This document shows positions 7,603 through 14,640 of a stretch of 14,640 nt of DNA, in pieces. The notes under the pieces are model-generated. The model searched no databases and was not told where the DNA came from. It was given only the letters and a program-made list of their open reading frames with translations. The position numbers and the translations under genes are program-made. The stretch comes from Azolla caroliniana (lineage: Eukaryota; Plantae; Polypodiophyta). Position 1 is the stretch's first letter; each line of letters opens with the position of its first letter. The stretch covers positions 1 to 14,640 of the forward strand of contig JBHGNT010000851.1 of NCBI GenBank assembly GCA_043228905.1. Reading direction: 5' to 3'.

Positions 7603-9825
7603 TATATCACTTTATTTAGTACTCTATACTTGACGTGTGTGTTTGCACTCTTCCAATTATGACAAAAAGGAGTATTTTACAAGATTATTATCAATCTCAT
7701 TATTATAATTCAATGACAACTTGGCCCTCACGTGGCAATTGATGTGTGTATCCAAAGTAAATTTGCCTCAATTTTGTGAAGATGCCTCGAAGAGAGACAC
7801 ATCTATGAAATATAGATTGTAAGCACAAAAATCTCCCCTAGTTTCTTGGGTATTTACTAGAATACCCTAAATTTTCAAATATTCTGTAAAGATCTCTATA
7901 GATTAGTATAGTTTACATTTGCTATTTGCTCTTACATATTCAAGGTGGGCGTTCCTTCAAATTTTCTTCATTATTCTCTCCCTTGGTATTGACATTTAGG
8001 ATGCTACCCAATAACTCATCTCAATTTTCAAACATTAGGTGAACACTTGATGGCAAGGAAACCATGCGCCTATGTTTGCCTAACAAACAAGGGAATGGGT
8101 GCGTCGATATCAAATAAGGATTTTTTTATTAGGTTTGTTGTCTTCCCAAAGTGGATGTTTTCCAGATGGATTAAAACAAGGAAATTGCCCTAAAGAACCA
8201 AACCTTTTGAGTACAAGATTGACCTTCAAGAAATGAAATATGCTCAACTTGTGGTGAGGCGTAATTAGCCAAAATGCATAAACATAAACAAATGTAATAA
8301 ATAGAGCTAGAGAAGAGTATTGTCAACCAATCTTACACTCTTTTGGTTACAAGCAATCAAGAAGTTGAAGGTCTAAGGAACCAAATGCCCAACCTTGTCC
8401 TATGCATACATACATATTTAAGCAATGGACTATGAAATGGAATATATATGTTCTTGTCACAAGTTCCCTGGTCCAAATTTTAGATTATGAGTAAGATGGA
8501 AGGTCAAGATAGACTAGCTAGACACTATCTATAAAGTGGAACACATAGAGACAACTTTGGCTTTGTCAAATACTTAACTGTGTGACTTTTTTAGGGAATT
8601 GTTTAAGTTGCCATGCATCACTATTTCCAAATAAAGACATGCATCATATATGTTGAGGAATTTTCATGCATGATAGAGACCCACATCCCATATCGGAGAT
8701 CATCAGGGCATCTTGTGCTCATTCTAGACGAACGAGGTCAATTCCATTTGGAAATCAGAGTTTGTACATTACTAAATATGGATGCACTAAACATAAATCT
8801 GACATATTTCTCATTGCCAATAGACCCCAAAGAAAGACATGCTTGCACAAGAAGAGATCCCAAATGGAAACAAAGCTCATTTGACTCCACAAGGATAACC
8901 TTAAGAAAATACATGAGGCGCAATACCCCCTCTGCAATAGTAAAAGAGTCTCTCGTGTAACATTATTTCTTTTGGGTTCCATAGGTCATGTTTTTGTCCT
9001 CTCAAGGGTGTTCAAATATCATCAAGACCGTGTTCACATTTTTTACTTTAGGGTTTTCTACACTTGCTTTCCCTCTATGACAAGTTCTTCTACTTTCTTG
9101 ACTTCACAACTAGGTTAGCGCTACATTAAAGTTAACTTGGTATAGTATACCACCAAGGCAACTGAAGTTAATGAAGATGAGATCATATTTATACAACCAT
9201 TGATGAACATAAACTCACATGATCTTGCATTGTGGGTAGAAAGTATTACATACATGGTGACCTCTCATTTACATAAAAAGTATAACCAAACCAAGAAAAC
9301 CAATGAGCAACCCTACTTAGAAAGAAAACCAAATCCAATTCAAGAGCACTTGGACATGGGCTTGTAAGTAGAGTTCATTAACTAAAGGAAGAAATGGAGC
9401 AAGATCTCAATGTAGAGATCATAAATTTGGATATGTGCACTCGCCAAACGTTGATTACATGAGTAAGAAGCGGTTATCACTATTCAAGAAGAAAATGATG
9501 AATTATTCACAGATTCAAAAAGCCTGACCAAGAGAATTATTGAGGCTCTTTGTTTTCATAATTTGTTAGGACGCTTGGCATACCTCGTTGACTATTAGAA
9601 AGGGAAACATGTTATTCTCAATAATGAAACATTTTAGTTATTTGACAAGTCGAGTTGATGAAGGGTACTTGAATCTTTGGATAAGTGATAAGTACATTAT
9701 ACCCCTCCAAGTTAAGAACAAAAGTACTAAACTTGCAAAGGTTCGTCTTGCTCTGCAAGCAATTAAAGTTGGGCAAGCAATAATCATAGTATTGAGTTAA
9801 ACACGAGTTCACTTTTTTCTCTTTT

Positions 9826-9827
<2 letters not shown>

Positions 9828-9880
<53 letters not shown>
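9828..9880 (+). repeat. (CT)n microsatellite
   Basis: Direct inspection. Confidence 0.97.
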
Positions 9881-9882
<2 letters not shown>

Positions 9883-10713
9883 ATCTCTAAAATTGATGTA
9901 TATTAGTAAACATATGGTTGTCATGTCTTCACTTCACTTACATAATATCTTAATGTTTTGTTCATTGCGTATGGAGACGCTTCATTATATTACATTATTG
10001 AGTTGACATATTATGTTTCACCATTGCGAACGCTTTGTTTATCTCGGCTTGATATTCATTGAATGGCGTATATATACATGGACAAAGAGTCTTGGGGCGA
10101 TTTTACAATATCTTTCTTTAGCATGAGTAGTGGAGTTTAGAATGACTGCATGAAGATTAAATGTAAGTTTTCAAGAACTTCACACATGGGCAAGCATACT
10201 AGACTCTTAACTATTTTTAATAACCCAAATAGTAATATGGAGGAGGGCACCACATTTGTTCATATGAAAAATATCTCCATACAAATCAATAGTCAATACA
10301 ATAAACTTAATTTGTTTGTTTTTGTAGCAAGTCAAGGGGGGACTCGGGGCTCCCCCTCCCCTCATGGATCATTATGATGAATGTCAAATGTGATTACATA
10401 TATAATAAGGTTGACTTTAGCCTCAATATGTGTGTGTGTTCGTATGAAACATTGAAAGAAAGGTGCCTCCGAGGGAATCGTTGATCGATCTATTGAAATT
10501 TAATACAAATGATCCTTTGAATCTTTATGAGGAACAAGACAATTATATTATTACTACTTGACACAATTACACAAAAATTCGAATATGTCAAGATACAGTG
10601 TCTCTCCACAATATCGGCCGCAACTTTTTATCCTTTTCGGTCAGTAGTCCCACCACCTTTACTCATAATATTATATTATGACGGAGAAGACACATTCACA
10701 CTTGCCATGTCTC

Positions 10714-10755
<42 letters not shown>
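10714..10755 (+). repeat. Compound (CT)n(AT)n microsatellite in proximal promoter
   Basis: Direct inspection; the (TA)n part could double as a TATA element. Confidence 0.9.
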
Positions 10756-10973
10756 GTTCATGCAACATCCAATTCTACGTAGATGTAAGTTGTACTCTGC
10801 ATCATCGGGTCTCGCTCGACTGAGTGCCTTCGACGACACGTTGGTTGGAACAGCCGGACGTGGTGGTAAGATCAAGTGCTTTATAAATTTCCATGCCATT
10901 CATCAACATCGGTATCACATTATATCATTCATATCCGAGAAACTGTGCCGATCTTAATAATTGTTCATGAGGG

Positions 10974-10993
10974 GTGTGTGTGTGTGTGTGTGT
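10974..10993 (+). repeat. (GT)n microsatellite
   Basis: Direct inspection. Confidence 0.9.
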
Positions 10994-11060
10994 ACTACTA
11001 TACTACATGTCGGGAAAATAACTAATGTTCTTCGCAGCTTGGGACGATTGTTGAGTCATC

Positions 11061-11610
11061 ATGTCGAAGCGGCATAACAACAACGTGGTGGATGGTGGGG
11101 AGTATACGGCATCGCCGGACAGGCGACGCTCGCTCGTGAGCATACCGGAGAAGGGCTCGTTCGTGACCGAAATAAGGGGCACCTTGAAGGAGACATTCTT
11201 CCCGGACAACCCCATCCGGACATTACAGAAGCAGACGCCCAGGCAGCGCCTCTTCACCACCATCGCCTACCTCTTCCCGGTCTTCCATTGGGCCCAGGGC
11301 TACACCCTCCTCAAGTTCAAGGATGACGTCATCGCCGGCCTCACCATCGGCAGCCTCTGCATCCCGCAGGACATCGGCTACTCCAAGCTCGCCGGCTTGC
11401 CCCCCATCTATGGCCTCTGTATGTAATTAACATAACACGCTTTCTTCTTCTTCTTCTTCTTCTTCTTCTTCTTCTTCCGCTTCTCAAGCACTGTACTAAC
11501 CAGAACCTGAGAACACTACACTTTACTTACTTACGACCTATAATTATGATGCAGTTTATAGTTATCAAGAAATTAGGTAAATGATCTCATTCTTCTTCAA
11601 AACACTCAAA

Positions 11611-11643
<33 letters not shown>

Positions 11644-14437
11644 GCTTGTAAATTAATGCAGTCACCAGCTTCGTGCCACCTCTCATCTATGCGGCCCTCG
11701 GGGTGTCGAGAGAGATCGCCATCGGCCCCGTGGCGGTGGTGTCCATCCTGCTGGGCACCCTGGCCAAGGACGAGTTCCCCATTCCAGTCAAAGCCACCGC
11801 CAAGTGCGACACCACCAGCACCAAGTTCATCAACGCCGACTGCACCGTCTACAGGGAGCAATACCTCGCCCTCATCTTCACCGCCACGTTCTTCACCGGG
11901 ATTATCCAGGCTGGCCTAGGCCTCACCAGGTAGTAAAATCAATCCCTAATATTTACATATTGCACATCCATCACTTCTATATGGGGGGTGACTTCTAATT
12001 CTAAATTTCTGACATGGTAGGCTTGGCTTCATCATCGATTATCTCTCGCACGCGGCCATCGTGGGGTTCATGGCAGGCGCAGCCATCACCATTGCCCTCC
12101 AGCAGCTCAAAGGCCTCCTCGGTATCTCTACTGCTTCCTTCACGAAGAAGACCGACATCGTGTCTGTCCTGCGTTCCGTATTCTTGCATACCAAGGAGGT
12201 ATAACACCGACCATCCCCCATAGAACCTAACCTGTATATAATAAAAAGGAAATGCAGGAATTGGATGACTCCATTCACGATTGAATCTTACACGTTTCCA
12301 ACTAATTTTGCCATTTATAATTTGTTAATGTTGCCCCTTGTAGTGGAGCTGGCGGACGATCATCATCGGCCTCGCCTTCTTGGCCTTGCTCCTACTGACC
12401 AAATATATTGTAAGCTTTTTTTATAATCAATTTTAAGCACAGCTTGATCAAGCACAACCATCTGACTGATTGTTCCTGTTCTGTGATGATGTGACGCAGG
12501 CCAAGAAGAGGCCAAAGCTCTTCTGGGTGTCGGCCATCGCCCCTCTCACCTCCGTCATCCTTTCCATCCTCATTGTCAAATTCAGTAAAGTCGACGAGAA
12601 GGGAGTCGCCATTGTAAGTACTACCCCATGTATTCATCGTATTGCTTCCTTCACTAGTCCCTTCATTTGATCCATTAACTACTTAAAATTGTGATGTTGC
12701 ATGACGCTCGTCGGCATGTACCCAATCCTGCAGGTTGGAAAAATTGATGGGAAAATAAATCCATCGTCAGTTGGACAATTTGTATTTCATGGTGACATCC
12801 TCAAGCATGCTCTTATCATTGCTGTTCAGGCATCTCTTGTAGCACTCACGGTAAGTACAGTTCCATAGTAATCTCCTGGCAGATGGTCTACATTTCGAAT
12901 TTGTTGCTCATCAAGTTATAAACAAAGCATGAGCATTAAAGGATCGGATCGACCTAATTTGTGTGGAGTTAATAATGTTTGTGTAGGAGGGGGTTGCGAT
13001 CGGAAGGACCTTTGCAGGTATACGAGATTACCATATCGATGGCAACAAAGAGATGGTGGCATTCGGAGCGATGAACATCGCTGGAGCGTGCACTTCCTGC
13101 TATGTTGCTACTGGTACTCACTCTTTTCTTAGACAGTTTCTTATTGAACCCATACATTTTTGGTATCAAAAGCTTTAGTACTAAATAGACATTGGAGTTA
13201 GTTATATGATGGTGATCATTGTGACTGATTGCATTGCATCCTTCTGCAGGCTCATTTTCTCGATCTGCTGTGAACTATAACGCGGGAGTGAGGACACCAG
13301 TGTCGAACATCGTGATGTCGCTGATGGTGATGATTGTGTTGGTTGCGTTAACGGGTCTTTTCCATGACCTCCCGAACTGCATCCTCGCATCCATCATCAT
13401 CAATGCCGTCATCGGCCTCATTGACTTCAGTGCCATGTACAGGATTTGGAAGGTGGATTTCGGGGACTTCATCGCCATGGCGGGCGCTTTCTTGGGTGTT
13501 GTCTTCATTTCTGTGGAAATGGGGCTCCTCATTGCGGTACGTATGAAAACTTACATCACTCGAATCCATCCATCATTCCTTCTTCTGAATACTACATATA
13601 ATTTACTAAGTAGCAGAGTGACATGATAATCATCTCATTTAAATGCATCCCGGGCACTGTTCGGAATATTGTAGGTCATCCTCTCTGTAGCCAGGGTGTT
13701 GTTACAAGTGACCAGGCCACATACAGCTGCATTGGGGAAAATTCCCGGGACAAGCATTTACCGAAACGTGCAGCAATACCCAGATTCTGTGACACAGCCT
13801 GGTGTCTTGGTGATCCGGATCGACACAGCCATTTATTTTGCCAATTCCAATTACCTCAGGGAAAGGTACTAAAAACAAATTGATAATGGACATGCAGCCA
13901 ATCCCCTATTCCTAGGTTTAATAACCACTACATTTCATGAATATATCATTAACGAATGCGTAAGAGAACGGTGTCACTTTGGATCGACGAAATCCATGTC
14001 GTACAGAATGTACTCAAACAGTGTTTTTTTTTTTTTTACAATGACTCGGTGGAGGAGAAGAGGCTCATGGTTATTGATTTCTGGCTTAATATAATGTGCA
14101 ATGTGATCAGGATATTGAGATGGATAGACGATGAGGTAGAGAAGATAGGCGAGACGAACGGAGTGCCGTTACAGTTCGTCGTCTTGGAGCTGTCACGTGA
14201 GTTATAACTTATAATACACCTCCCATTTCGTTGAATAATTGTGTGTTATAACATGAACAAAATACACTACCTAGCTGGTGGCAATCAATGTACACATACT
14301 TAATATTTATGTGCTTGTGGAAATCTCATATATACTGATTTTTGATGAATCAAATGGCAGCCGTGACGAACATCGACACCACGGGCATCCACTCATTGGA
14401 AGATCTCCTCACCAATCTCAACAACAAGAAGATCCAG
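11061..14437 (+). CDS. SULTR: Sulfate transporter, SulP/SLC26 family with STAS domain, SULTR1/2-like; 3'-partial. Exons: 11061-11418, 11662-11929, 12021-12198, 12344-12409, 12500-12613, 12734-12850, 12987-13113, 13250-13536, 13675-13865, 14111-14196, 14361-14437
   Basis: All ten complete introns are GT..AG and phases join into a 1869-nt (623-codon) open frame; in-frame TGA at 11052 precedes the ATG. Motifs: [115 protein letters not shown] (STAS). Donor GT at 14438; final exon outside the window. Confidence 0.96.
11442..11477 (+). repeat. (TTC)n microsatellite in intron 1
   Basis: Direct inspection; a (TC)n run also lies at 11617-11643. Confidence 0.95.
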
Positions 14438-14509
14438 GTACTCAATATATGTTTGTCTGTGAATATATACACGATCTTCTTTTGCATACAATTCAGATAT
14501 ATGCATACA

Positions 14510-14513
<4 letters not shown>

Positions 14514-14562
<49 letters not shown>
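14514..14562 (+). repeat. (TG)n microsatellite in intron 11
   Basis: Direct inspection. Confidence 0.95.
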
Positions 14563-14564
<2 letters not shown>

Positions 14565-14640
14565 CTGGCTTTACAACCATTACATTTGTTTTTGATGGTG
14601 ATGATGATGATGAAACCCTAAACCAGAAGATTTGGCCTGT

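Noticed and set aside
10335-10362. G-run/C-run hairpin as MITE terminus
   Set aside because: No partner terminal repeat or TSD found.
6672-10957. Short ORFs in the upstream region, and similarly the antisense/alternate-frame ORFs over the SULTR and integrase sequences
   Set aside because: No recognisable domains; several run through microsatellites or are shadows of GC-rich coding sequence.
13161-13173. TGGTATCAAAAGC resembling a tRNA-iMet PBS in intron 7
   Set aside because: Imperfect and no adjacent LTR; likely chance.
14613-14624. AAACCCTAAACC telomere-like motif
   Set aside because: Fewer than two units, intronic; at most an isolated telo-box.

Overview
Eukaryotic (land-plant) genomic DNA. 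The retroelement families suggest a seed-free plant such as a fern, which is an inference. 1-6201 is a pile of decayed LTR retrotransposons. It starts with a Copia-type LTR carrying a 40/50-bp tandem array, followed by abutting Gypsy RT and Copia RT/RNaseH fragments and a Gypsy integrase with its 3' LTR. Then come three co-oriented, successively nested 5' ends (LTR + leader + gag) of Tcn1/Tf1-like chromovirus elements on the minus strand. None of the three has a tRNA PBS. Each instead has an 11-13 nt inverted match between the PBS position and a site 32-33 nt downstream of its own TATA box, the geometry of Tf1-type self-primed reverse transcription. 6202-11060 is AT-rich upstream DNA with a near-perfect UPE-box-like palindrome and SURE-like cores. 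11061-14437 holds 11 in-frame exons (623 codons) of a SulP/SLC26 sulfate transporter (SULTR1/2-like) with an unusual two-Cys loop insertion. Its last exon lies beyond the window.
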